Source: Alphaproteobacteria bacterium
Lineage (GTDB): Bacteria; Pseudomonadota; Alphaproteobacteria; Rs-D84
Length of the DNA: 64,000 nucleotides
Reading direction: 5' to 3'
NCBI GenBank assembly: GCA_009784235.1
Contig: WRCC01000002.1
Location: forward strand, 89,687-153,686
Each line of letters starts with the position of its first letter. Positions within the stretch are counted from its first letter, which is position 1. The notes beneath the pieces were generated by a model. It searched no databases. It saw nothing but the letters and a program-made list of their open reading frames with translations, and was not told the DNA's origin. Both the position numbers and the translations under genes were made by a program. Below, piece by piece: positions 1-7,957 of the stretch.

Positions 1-1
1 T

Positions 2-544
2 TTGCGCTTCTTTTATTTTATTGGTTTCTGCATAAATTTGGCCACGAATAAATGCACGCCAAGAATCATTGCCGCGCAAAGAATCAATAAATTTCAGCGC
101 GGCGGGCGCATTTCCCGTTGCGACCGCTGACCAAATCCGCACGGGCGCGATTAATTGTGAATCATTGTTTTTGAATTTATTATAAAGCGTTTTCCAATCG
201 TCTTTTTGCACCAGATAAGCGGCATAGGCAACCTGGGCGGCCAGACCGGGTTCATTTGCCAAAATGCCGGCTGAATCATCAATTTGGCCGGCAACAAATT
301 TTGCAATCGCGCGACTATTTCGTACAGATGGAATATCAACATTTTGCAGTCGGTCGGCAAACCGTGCGACCGCATTAAAATCATCCACATGCATTGCGTG
401 TTGTGCCGCCAAGAAATTACCGAAATCAGTATCCGGAAATGCCGCACGTGCGGGCATGGCGGAATCATGCGCAACACGTATGCCCAGCGATACAGCTAAT
501 GCCGCCGCGGCCACGAACGACACAATCATACCTGTGCGTTGCAT
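2..544 (-). CDS. Hypothetical secreted protein, N-terminal 181 aa in window; gene continues past position 1
   Basis: Hand translation of the minus frame. ATG at 542-544 gives MQRTGMIVSFVAAAALAVSLG..., a signal-peptide-like N-terminus. No stop was found down to position 2. The frame is absent from the ORF track because it has no in-window stop. The rest is Ala-rich and TPR-like. Confidence 0.4.
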   Translation of the reverse strand, partial: MQRTGMIVSFVAAAALAVSLGIRVAHDSAMPARAAFPDTDFGNFLAAQHAMHVDDFNAVARFADRLQNVDIPSVRNSRAIAKFVAGQIDDSAGILANEPGLAAQVAYAAYLVQKDDWKTLYNKFKNNDSQLIAPVRIWSAVATGNAPAALKFIDSLRGNDSWRAFIRGQIYAETNKIKEAQ

Positions 545-594
545 TGTTTTTATTTCTGGATGTTTTTTTGCAGATGTTTTCATCATATGTTATA

Positions 595-1167
595 ATGATG
601 CAAATGGACATAGAAGTCAAATTTTCAATATATGAAAAAATGCTGCGCGAATGGAATTCGCGGATGAACTTGGTCGCGCCCAGTACTTTGGCCGATGTGC
701 GCATACGCCATATCGATGATTCACTGCAATTGGCGGAATATATTCCAATGAATACGCACGTTATAGATTTGGGCAGTGGCGCTGGATTCCCAGCGGTTGT
801 TTTAGCGATACTTGGGTATAATGTTACATGCATTGAATCAATTTCAAAAAAATGTGCGTTTTTAAATGCGCTGAAATCCGAATTGAATTTGCCGAATTTA
901 ACAATCATAAACGACCGTATTGAAAATTTTGTAAAAACAATGCGCTGCGGCAAATCTGTGGTGTTCACGGCACGCGCATTCGCATCTTTGGAAAAGATTT
1001 TTGATATGACGGGACGCGTCGGCGCACCATACGCTTTGTTAAAAGGTGAAAATATTGACGCCGAAATTACAACTGCGCGCGAAAAATATAAATTTGAAGA
1101 TAGGTTACATCCATCAAAAACTGGACCTGGTTTTATATTTTTATCTGGTCCGGTCAAATTAATATAG
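595..1167 (+). CDS. rsmG: 16S rRNA (guanine527-N7)-methyltransferase RsmG (GidB)
   Basis: HIDDSLQLAEY...IDLGSGAGFPAVVLAI motif region. The ATG at 595 (or 598/604) lies downstream of a TATAAT. The longer ORF from 394 overlaps the divergent gene and is unlikely. Confidence 0.85.
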   Translation: MMQMDIEVKFSIYEKMLREWNSRMNLVAPSTLADVRIRHIDDSLQLAEYIPMNTHVIDLGSGAGFPAVVLAILGYNVTCIESISKKCAFLNALKSELNLPNLTIINDRIENFVKTMRCGKSVVFTARAFASLEKIFDMTGRVGAPYALLKGENIDAEITTAREKYKFEDRLHPSKTGPGFIFLSGPVKLI

Positions 1168-1256
1168 TTTCGCTCGATGCTTCACATCTGCGCGTATCCT
1201 CATGGTTGCTCGAATTTCGCTGTGCTCGTTCTTGCATACTCGGATTCCGGCCGAAT
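1168..1256. repeat. Dispersed ~80 bp repeat R-F, copy 1 (rsmG-parA intergenic)
   Basis: Same as copy 2. 14-mer CTGCGCGTATCCTC is identical. Ends in the T-arm-like CTCGGATTC. Confidence 0.7.
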
Positions 1257-1441
1257 CGCACATTTTTATATGTCATTTTGCCGGCCTTTTTGATGTTTTT
1301 TATCGATTCGGCCGGTAATTTTGAACAACATTATTTTTCATACGAACTTTTTGGTAACTAATTGATTTTCCGCATTTTATAAAAATCTCTTGACCGAATC
1401 GGTCAATAGCGCCATTATTTCATATGAACAAAGGAAGACAA

Positions 1442-2206
1442 ATGGCGAAAATTATTGCATTTGCGAATCAGAAAGGCGGCGTTGGAAAAACCACAACGGC
1501 GATAAATATTGGCGCATCTTTGGCCGCAACAAACAATCGTGTTTTGTTGATTGACCTGGACCCCCAAGGCAATGCCGGTACGGGATTGGGCTTTGTTCGC
1601 AACGCGCATACGCAATCGGTCTACCCGGTGATAATGGGGCGCGAATCGGCTGCAAATAATATACTTTCGACGGCGGTCAAAGGCATGCATATTATGCCGG
1701 CATCAATGCAGTTATCAGGGGCCGAGGTCGAATTGTTAGATGCCGATAACCGCGAATATCGTCTGCGCGATGCCTTGGTGCCGATTGCCAGCCATTATGA
1801 CTATATTTTGCTGGATTGTCCGCCTGCCCTGGGTTTTTTGACTATAAATGCGCTGTGTGCGGCAAAATGGTTGGTTGTGCCATTGCAGTGCGAATTCTTT
1901 GCGCTGGAAGGATTACAGCAATTAATCAACAGCACGCAAAAAATCCGTGAAAAATGGAATCCGGAATTGGAATTACTGGGCGTATTATTAACCATGTACG
2001 ACCGGCGGAATAACCTGTCGCGCGCAATCGAGGACGACGTGCGCACCGCATTCGGCGACAAAGTGTTTAAAACCGTAGTGCCACGGAACGTAAGGGTCAG
2101 CGAGGCACCATCACATGGCCAGCCCGCCCTGTTCTATGATTTTAATTCACCCGGCGCCCAGGCGTATCTGCGGATTGCAACGGAATTAATAGGAGCATCA
2201 TCATGA
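1442..2206 (+). CDS. parA: Chromosome partitioning ATPase ParA/Soj
   Basis: MAKIIAFANQKGGVGKTTTAINIGASLA P-loop. AAGGAAG ribosome-binding site before the ATG at 1442. Positioned between rsmG and parB. Confidence 0.9.
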   Translation: MAKIIAFANQKGGVGKTTTAINIGASLAATNNRVLLIDLDPQGNAGTGLGFVRNAHTQSVYPVIMGRESAANNILSTAVKGMHIMPASMQLSGAEVELLDADNREYRLRDALVPIASHYDYILLDCPPALGFLTINALCAAKWLVVPLQCEFFALEGLQQLINSTQKIREKWNPELELLGVLLTMYDRRNNLSRAIEDDVRTAFGDKVFKTVVPRNVRVSEAPSHGQPALFYDFNSPGAQAYLRIATELIGASS

Positions 2207-3072
2207 GTAAATTTGGACTTGGCAAGGGTTTGGCAGATTTAAAGGCGGAAATGGGTGCACCGGTGGAATTGGGCGTTTTGGCCGGGGGTGAACGCGTTGT
2301 TGTTAAACAAATCTCAATTTCGCAGATTATTCCAAATCCGGACCAGCCGCGTAAAACATTCGCACCGGCCGAATTAAATGATTTGGCGGCATCAATCAAA
2401 GAAAAAGGCGTGTTACAGCCTATTTTGCTGCGCATGGGTAAAAATGGCCAATATGAAATTGTTGCGGGCGAACGGCGTTGGCGCGCATCACAAATCGCCG
2501 GCCTTTCTGACATTCCGGCATTGGTTAAAACTCTGTCGGATTCGAATACGATGGAAATCGCGCTGATTGAAAATGTCCAGCGCGAAAACCTGAACCCGAT
2601 GGAAGAATCGGCCGCGTATGTAAATTTAATTTCGGCCTGTGCGTACCAGATTTCCGACGTTTCACGCATTATTGGCAAATCGGAAAGCTATGTCCGGAAT
2701 ATCATGCGTCTGGACGCCCTGCCTGAATCTGTAAAAGAACTGGTCCGGTCGGGCGAACTGTCATCATCACATGCGCGTGCGATTTTGGTGGCTGAAAACC
2801 CGGCCGAATTAGCAAAAAAGATTCTGGATGCCAAGATATCCGTAAGCGATACTGAAAAAATGGTAAAAAACGTCGCGCGTTCGTCAAGTTCCCGGTCTTT
2901 TCGACCAAATTTGGTCTCGGACAAAGAAATTTGTCAATATCAGAAACAAATTGGCAAAGCAATCGGCGCACCGGTCAAATTCAAAATGCGCAAAGGTGGG
3001 GCAGGGGACATAATCATCCGATTCGAAACCAAAATCCAAATGGATAAATTAATTGAAAAATTATCTAAGTAA
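2203..3072 (+). CDS. parB: Chromosome partitioning protein ParB/Spo0J
   Basis: ParB box IVAGERRWRASQIAG. ATGA overlap with parA. Confidence 0.9.
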   Translation: MSKFGLGKGLADLKAEMGAPVELGVLAGGERVVVKQISISQIIPNPDQPRKTFAPAELNDLAASIKEKGVLQPILLRMGKNGQYEIVAGERRWRASQIAGLSDIPALVKTLSDSNTMEIALIENVQRENLNPMEESAAYVNLISACAYQISDVSRIIGKSESYVRNIMRLDALPESVKELVRSGELSSSHARAILVAENPAELAKKILDAKISVSDTEKMVKNVARSSSSRSFRPNLVSDKEICQYQKQIGKAIGAPVKFKMRKGGAGDIIIRFETKIQMDKLIEKLSK

Positions 3073-3095
3073 TCAAAACTAAAAAGGAGTAAAAT

Positions 3096-3440
3096 ATGAG
3101 AAAAATACTACTGTCTACTGTCTGCTGTCTACTGCTTGCCGCGTGCGGTGGGATATCTGCGGGCAAGGGTTCAGAAAATCTGGTTAAATTTAATAACGAA
3201 CCGACAGAATGCAGATTTTTGCATCGCATAGATGTTGATGTGTCGGCTTATAATGCCGAAGATGCGAATCAGTTCCTGCGTAATCGTATCGCGGCGCAAC
3301 CGGTTCACGGCAATGCATACTGGATTGTGTCAGAGCGTACCCGCCGGAACGAAGGCGCAGTATTTGGTCCAAAGAATACGTTCTATTTCACCGCGAATGT
3401 TTATGACTGCCCAAGTTCGGTCTTATATGGCAGGAAATAA
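3096..3440 (+). CDS. Small lipoprotein, paralogue 1
   Basis: MRKILLSTVCCLLLAACGG lipobox. Paralogous to the ORF at 3622..4014. The signal-peptide hydrophobic region is encoded by a CTACTGT heptamer array at 3108..3136. Confidence 0.6.
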   Translation: MRKILLSTVCCLLLAACGGISAGKGSENLVKFNNEPTECRFLHRIDVDVSAYNAEDANQFLRNRIAAQPVHGNAYWIVSERTRRNEGAVFGPKNTFYFTANVYDCPSSVLYGRK

Positions 3441-3445
3441 AATAA

Positions 3446-3566
3446 GTTCCCCTCCTTTGGAGGGGTGTTTTTTACGCGCAGCGTAAAAAATGGGGTGGTT
3501 TACCAAACTATCGGATGCACCGTAAACCACCCCGGCCTGCGGCCACCCCTCCAAAGGAGGGGAACT
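3446..3566. repeat. Palindromic element family P-A (full copy, nested hairpin)
   Basis: GTTCCCCTCCTTTGGAGGGGTG at 3446-3467 pairs with CCACCCCTCCAAAGGAGGGGAAC at 3544-3566. An inner GGGTGGTTTAC / GTAAACCACCC pair sits inside. A related partial copy lies inside mnmG at 35471..35514. Confidence 0.8.
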
Positions 3567-3621
3567 TTGACTTGTTGGAATCATAAAAACATGGTAAAAT
3601 ACAGCCAATAGAGGATTAATT

Positions 3622-4014
3622 ATGAAAAAGATTTTAATGCTGTTGGCCGCAGCTGCCATCGCTGGTTGTGCGAATACCGTCGCGCCGACGAATGCGTCGC
3701 ATGGGCTGGTGAAATTGACGGGGGAGCCGATAAATTGCCAATTCTTGTACAGATTGGAAAACGAAGTTTCGGTTTACGGCGTTGATGATGCGGAACAGCA
3801 CTTGCGCAATAAAATCGCCGACCAAGTTCGCGGCGGCAATGCTTATTGGGTCGTATCAACACGCACCCGCCCGAATGAATGGGTGGTCTTTGGCCCCGAA
3901 CGCGCATTTGTCCAAGTCGCGAATGTTTATTCATGCCCGGATACACGAAATATCCAAACGCGCCAGCCGATGCAAGTGGTACAAGAATGTCCCCGCGACA
4001 TCGCATGTTATTAA
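3622..4014 (+). CDS. Small lipoprotein, paralogue 2
   Basis: MKKILMLLAAAAIAGCANT lipobox. Paralogous to the first lipoprotein (shared NCQFLYRLENEVSVYGVDDAEQHLRNKIA...GNAYWVVSTRTRPNE). Confidence 0.6.
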   Translation: MKKILMLLAAAAIAGCANTVAPTNASHGLVKLTGEPINCQFLYRLENEVSVYGVDDAEQHLRNKIADQVRGGNAYWVVSTRTRPNEWVVFGPERAFVQVANVYSCPDTRNIQTRQPMQVVQECPRDIACY

Positions 4015-4036
4015 AAACCGCCGTTCGGCGGTTTTT
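4013..4036. terminator. Bidirectional rho-independent terminator
   Basis: AAAAACCGCCGTTCGGCGGTTTTT hairpin flanked by A and T runs, between convergent lipoprotein 2 and infC. Confidence 0.7.
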
Positions 4037-4619
4037 ATTTCGTTGGGGCGATAATAATCGACTTTGTTCGCTCGTCCGGTTTGGATTTTGTTTCCAAAAT
4101 GCCTTTGTCGCCGATGATTGAAATTATACGGTCGAACAAAACCGGCACGGTATCACGGCCGCGCGCCAAGACTTTTTTACTGCCCTTTGTCATAACTGAA
4201 ATTTTAACCTTGTCGCCGTCGGCCAAAAATTCAAAAACCTTTTTCATCTTGATATTCATATCGTTTTCTTCGATAAATGGTTTTATCCAGACTTCTTTCA
4301 GTTCATTGGTTTTTTGGTTTTTGCGCTGTTCGGCGGCTTTTTTCTTTTGGTCATATTTGAATTTGCCGAAATCCATAATTTTTACAATCGGTGGCACATT
4401 GGTCGCATTAATTTCGACCAGGTCCATGTCAGCATCCATTGCAATCTGCAAAGCCGCCGGTGTCGGCATAATGCCCAGATTGGCGCCGGCGGCATCAATC
4501 ACTTGGACGCTTTTGGCGAAAATTTTATTGTTTATACGCGGGCCCATGTCCCGGCGGTTATCACGGTTGAATGGCGGTTTAATGTTAAGCTCCTTTGATT
4601 GCTTTGCCTGTATTTTCAA
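4035..4619 (-). CDS. infC: Translation initiation factor IF-3
   Basis: IF-3 signature: VQVIDAAGANLGIMPTPAALQIAMDADMDLVEINATNVPPIVKIMDFGKFKY. The true start may be internal, since infC classically uses AUU/AUA. Confidence 0.8.
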   Translation of the reverse strand: MKIQAKQSKELNIKPPFNRDNRRDMGPRINNKIFAKSVQVIDAAGANLGIMPTPAALQIAMDADMDLVEINATNVPPIVKIMDFGKFKYDQKKKAAEQRKNQKTNELKEVWIKPFIEENDMNIKMKKVFEFLADGDKVKISVMTKGSKKVLARGRDTVPVLFDRIISIIGDKGILETKSKPDERTKSIIIAPTK

Positions 4620-4625
4620 CTATTT

Positions 4626-5435
4626 TTATGCATTTTGCAACAATTTTTGCAAATTTTGCAACGCATCCCAAACATCGCGCTTGGAATCGGGTTTCAGCAG
4701 CATATAGTTCGGGTGCCAGATTGGGATAGTTCGAAATTCGAAATTCGAAATTCGAGATTCGAAAACTTTCCCATGGTCGGTGGGCAGTTTGGCGCTGGCG
4801 ATTTCTGTTGCGGCCAATGTCCCAAGGGTTAAAATTTTTTTTGCGTCGACCAATTCAATCGCGCGATTAACGAACGGTCGGCATAAATCCAATTCTTCGC
4901 GCGATGGCGTGCGTCCGCCTGGTGTTCGCCAGAATAACAATGGAATAATCGTGACCATATTGCGCTTGATTCCAATAGAGGATAACATTTTATCCAATAA
5001 TTCGCCCGCCGCACCCGTCATAATTTTTCCGGCCGCATCGTCGTCAGAAGAGGGCAGGTCGGTGATAATGGTGATTGGTGGTTGGTGCTGGTGGCTGGTG
5101 GTTGAAAATTGTGGTGGTACGAAATTAGCAAATGATGATAATGGATGGTTGTAATTTTTAATTGCGGCGCACAGTGATTCAAAATCCGCGCATGCGGATG
5201 CAGCTGCGTCCGCGGCGTCCAGCGCAGCATTGGTTGGTGTAACGGGAATAGGGGCAACCACAAAATCGCCTGGCGATTTTGTGGAGAGTTTAGAGTTGAA
5301 AGTTGAGATTTGAGAGTCATTGCTGCCTTTATCTAAACTCTTAGCCCTTAACTCTAAACTCTCCGGCGAGGCCGGCTCATCCAACTCCCACTTGATTCCG
5401 GCCAGTGCCAAATCCAACAAAGAATATTTTCCCAT
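4626..5435 (-). CDS. Uracil-DNA glycosylase family 4 (phage-polymerase-associated type) with N-terminal extension
   Basis: GxAGELLDKML...VTIIPLLFWRTPGGRTPSREELDLCRPFVNRAIEL...IWHPNYML motifs. ~120 aa low-complexity N-terminal extension. Contains TTCGAAA heptamer array H2. Confidence 0.7.
   Translation of the reverse strand: MGKYSLLDLALAGIKWELDEPASPESLELRAKSLDKGSNDSQISTFNSKLSTKSPGDFVVAPIPVTPTNAALDAADAAASACADFESLCAAIKNYNHPLSSFANFVPPQFSTTSHQHQPPITIITDLPSSDDDAAGKIMTGAAGELLDKMLSSIGIKRNMVTIIPLLFWRTPGGRTPSREELDLCRPFVNRAIELVDAKKILTLGTLAATEIASAKLPTDHGKVFESRISNFEFRTIPIWHPNYMLLKPDSKRDVWDALQNLQKLLQNA
4730..4764. repeat. Heptamer tandem array H2 (TTCGAAA x5) inside the UDG coding sequence
   Basis: ttcgaaa ttcgaaa ttcgaaa ttcgaga ttcgaaa. 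Translated in frame as FESRISNFEFRT. The reverse-complement array lies in mrcA at 53821..53855. Confidence 0.85.
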
Positions 5436-5510
5436 TATAGTTTTCCTTGCAATTTCAATAAATTTGAGTTAGAATAACGGGCGAGACACAAAAATACAAG
5501 GGAGTATTTC

Positions 5511-5930
5511 ATGAAAATTAGAAATTATGCAATGATGCTTTGCGCGGCCGGTCTTTTGGCAGCGTGCGGCGGTTCCAGCAAGGTCACAGAAATCGACCCG
5601 GCGACAAACCCAATGGTTTTCTTTGCGTTCGATAAATCAGACATAACCGAAGAAGCACGTCACAACCTGCTTGGCCAAGCGTTGTACATGAAGAACAATC
5701 CAAGCACGGAAATCATGATTGCCGGTAATGCTGACGAACGTGGCACGGTTGAATATAACTTGGCACTGGGCGCACGTCGCGCGAACGCCGCGAAAAACGT
5801 GATTGTTCGCGATGGTGTCGATGCAAACCGTATCCAAACGATTTCTTATGGTAAAGAACGCCCATTCAAATTGGGCACAGGCGAAGAAGTCTGGAAATGG
5901 AATCGTAACGCCACAACCACGAAAAAATAA
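5511..5930 (+). CDS. pal: Peptidoglycan-associated lipoprotein Pal (OmpA family)
   Basis: Lipobox LLAACGG. VFFAFDKSDI...NADERGTVEYNLALGARRANA OmpA-like motif. Confidence 0.85.
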   Translation: MKIRNYAMMLCAAGLLAACGGSSKVTEIDPATNPMVFFAFDKSDITEEARHNLLGQALYMKNNPSTEIMIAGNADERGTVEYNLALGARRANAAKNVIVRDGVDANRIQTISYGKERPFKLGTGEEVWKWNRNATTTKK

Positions 5931-5956
5931 AAAATGCCCCGTTCGGGGCGTTTTTC
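5931..5956 (+). terminator. Rho-independent terminator after pal
   Basis: GCCCCGTTCGGGGC hairpin followed by TTTTTCTT. Confidence 0.65.
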
Positions 5957-5962
5957 TTGTGT

Positions 5963-6015
5963 ATAGGGGCGCATACTTGCGCCCTTTTGTTTTGGGCGCG
6001 AATACGCGCCCCTAC
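5963..6015. repeat. Palindromic element family P-C (intergenic copy, double hairpin)
   Basis: ATAGGGGCGCATACTTGCGCCC ttttgtttt GGGCGCGAATACGCGCCCCTAC. Two internal hairpins plus an outer TAGGGG/CCCCTA pairing. Copies also lie in metG (7493..7538) and mnmG (34925..34990). Confidence 0.8.
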
Positions 6016-6060
6016 AATTTTTATTGCAACGTAATAAAATCCTGTTATAATCCCCGGCAC

Positions 6061-6137
6061 GGACGCGTAGCTCAGTTGGTTAGAGTATCTCCTTGACATG
6101 GAGGGGGTCGGAAGTTCGAGTCTTCTCGCGTCCACCA
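6061..6137 (+). tRNA. tRNA-Val (anticodon GAC)
   Basis: Cloverleaf folded by hand. Acceptor stem GGACGCG/CGCGTCC. Anticodon loop TTGACAT. T-loop TTCGAGT. 3' CCA encoded. Confidence 0.85.
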
Positions 6138-6199
6138 CAATTTGGGATGAAAGATGAATGTTTCATCTTTCGCCCTTTTATTTTTTTACGGGTGAAATT

Positions 6200-7957
6200 A
6201 TGGCCAAAAAATACCTTATATCTTCTGCATTACCTTATGTGAACAATATTCCACATATCGGGAATTTTGTGGGCAGTGTTTTGCCCGCCGATGTATATGC
6301 GCGGTTTATGCGCGCGCGTCATGGTGCGGAAAATGTCTTGTTTGTATGCGGCGCGGACGCGCACGGCACGCCGATTATTGTCAGCGCGAAAAAAGAGAGT
6401 ATGTCGGTCGAAGCATTAGTTGAAAAATACCACGCGATGCATTCCAAGATTTTTAATGATTTCAAAGTTTCTTTTGATGGTGGATATGGTTCGACACATA
6501 CGGAATTGCAGACAAAATTGGTTCATGATTTATTTACTGCGCTGGATAAAAATGGATTTGTCGAAGAAAAGACTACAATTCAGCCATTTTCAATCGATGA
6601 TAATATGTTTTTGGCTGACCGCCAGATAGAAGGTACTTGCCCGAAATGCGGCGACCCGCGTGCACGCGGCGACCAGTGTGATAAATGTGGCGAACTGCTG
6701 GACCCGGCGGATTTGATAAATCCATGTGTTGCGGATACAGGCAGCAAAAACATCGAAATGCGGGAAACAAAAAATCTTTTTTACCGTGCAGATTTGGTCA
6801 AAGATGACGTGAAAAAATGGGTTTTGGATACGGCCGAAAAAAATAAATGGTCACCGTCCGCGATTTCCGCCACGAAAAAGTATTTAACCGAAGATGTGCC
6901 AAATCCGTCGATTACACGCGATTTGCCATGGGGAATTCCGGTGAATAAACCCGGATATGAAAATAAAGTATTTTATGTCTGGTTTGATGCGCCATGGGGC
7001 TATATCTCGATTTCACAAGCAGCGCGACCAATCGCGCCGGAGCAAGGCGAAGGCGGAGAATCGCGCCGTAGCGATAGTGTAGGCGGATGGGCGGATTGGT
7101 GGCATGGCGGTGATAATTGCCATTATGCGCAATTTATGGGCAAAGATAATATAAAGTTTCATTCGCTGTTTTTCCCGGGGCAAGAGATTGCATGGCGGGA
7201 CGGAAATTGGAAAAAAGTCGATTTGTTAAAAGGACTTAATTTCCTGAATTTCGAAGGCGCGAAGATTTCAAAGTCCGCGGGTCACGGAATATTTTTGGAC
7301 GCGGCATTGGTGGATGCGCCGTCGGATGCATGGCGTTATGCTTTGATGGCAAGCGCGCCCGAAAGCGATGATACAGATTTCACAATCCAGCGATTTGCGG
7401 ATATCGTGAACAAAGACCTGAACGGGATGCTGGGCAATTTTGTGTCGCGTGCAACGAAATTGAGCGAGAAAAATTTTGGGAATACAGTTCCCGTAGGGGC
7501 GCATAGTTGCGCCCCAGGGCGCGAATACGCGCCCCTACGGGAATTGGAACAATCAATCAATTTCCGTCTGGCTGAATTAACTGATGCGTTGGAATCTTGC
7601 GAATTTCGTAAATCCGTGAACGCTTTGCGCGAATTATGGGCCGTCGGAAATGAATTTATGGCGAAAATGGAACCGTGGTCTATGGTCAAAAACGGCGATA
7701 TAGATGGTGCGGCGGCGGTTCTGAATGAATGTTTCCAATTGATAGATTTATATGCACGCGTATCTGCGCCGTTCATACCGGATGCAGCGACAAAAATGCA
7801 AAATATATTCGGCACTAAACGCGATTTGTCATGGCCGATTGAATACGAGCGCCGTGTTGAATCCGGCGAATTGTTCACCATTCCGGAAAACCTTTTTGAA
7901 AGAATCGACACCGATAAGGTCGAAAGCATGACCGCGAAATATGTTAAAAAATCATAA
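6200..7957 (+). CDS. metG: Methionyl-tRNA synthetase
   Basis: ISSALPYVNNIPHIGNFVGSVLPADVYARF class-I HIGH region. Zn-binding CPKCG...CDKCG knuckle. Carries an in-frame P-C palindromic insertion at 7493..7538 encoding VGAHSCAPGREYAPLR. Confidence 0.9.
   Translation: MAKKYLISSALPYVNNIPHIGNFVGSVLPADVYARFMRARHGAENVLFVCGADAHGTPIIVSAKKESMSVEALVEKYHAMHSKIFNDFKVSFDGGYGSTHTELQTKLVHDLFTALDKNGFVEEKTTIQPFSIDDNMFLADRQIEGTCPKCGDPRARGDQCDKCGELLDPADLINPCVADTGSKNIEMRETKNLFYRADLVKDDVKKWVLDTAEKNKWSPSAISATKKYLTEDVPNPSITRDLPWGIPVNKPGYENKVFYVWFDAPWGYISISQAARPIAPEQGEGGESRRSDSVGGWADWWHGGDNCHYAQFMGKDNIKFHSLFFPGQEIAWRDGNWKKVDLLKGLNFLNFEGAKISKSAGHGIFLDAALVDAPSDAWRYALMASAPESDDTDFTIQRFADIVNKDLNGMLGNFVSRATKLSEKNFGNTVPVGAHSCAPGREYAPLRELEQSINFRLAELTDALESCEFRKSVNALRELWAVGNEFMAKMEPWSMVKNGDIDGAAAVLNECFQLIDLYARVSAPFIPDAATKMQNIFGTKRDLSWPIEYERRVESGELFTIPENLFERIDTDKVESMTAKYVKKS
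7493..7538. repeat. P-C palindromic element inserted in-frame in metG
   Basis: GTAGGGGCGCATAGTTGCGCCCCAGGGCGCGAATACGCGCCCCTAC with extended flanks ttccc.../...gggaa. Near-identical to the intergenic copy at 5963..6015. Confidence 0.8.

Noticed and set aside
465-1157. 230 aa minus-strand ORF antisense to rsmG
   Set aside because: Lies entirely within the well-supported rsmG coding region on the opposite strand and has no recognisable motif. Typical antisense shadow ORF.
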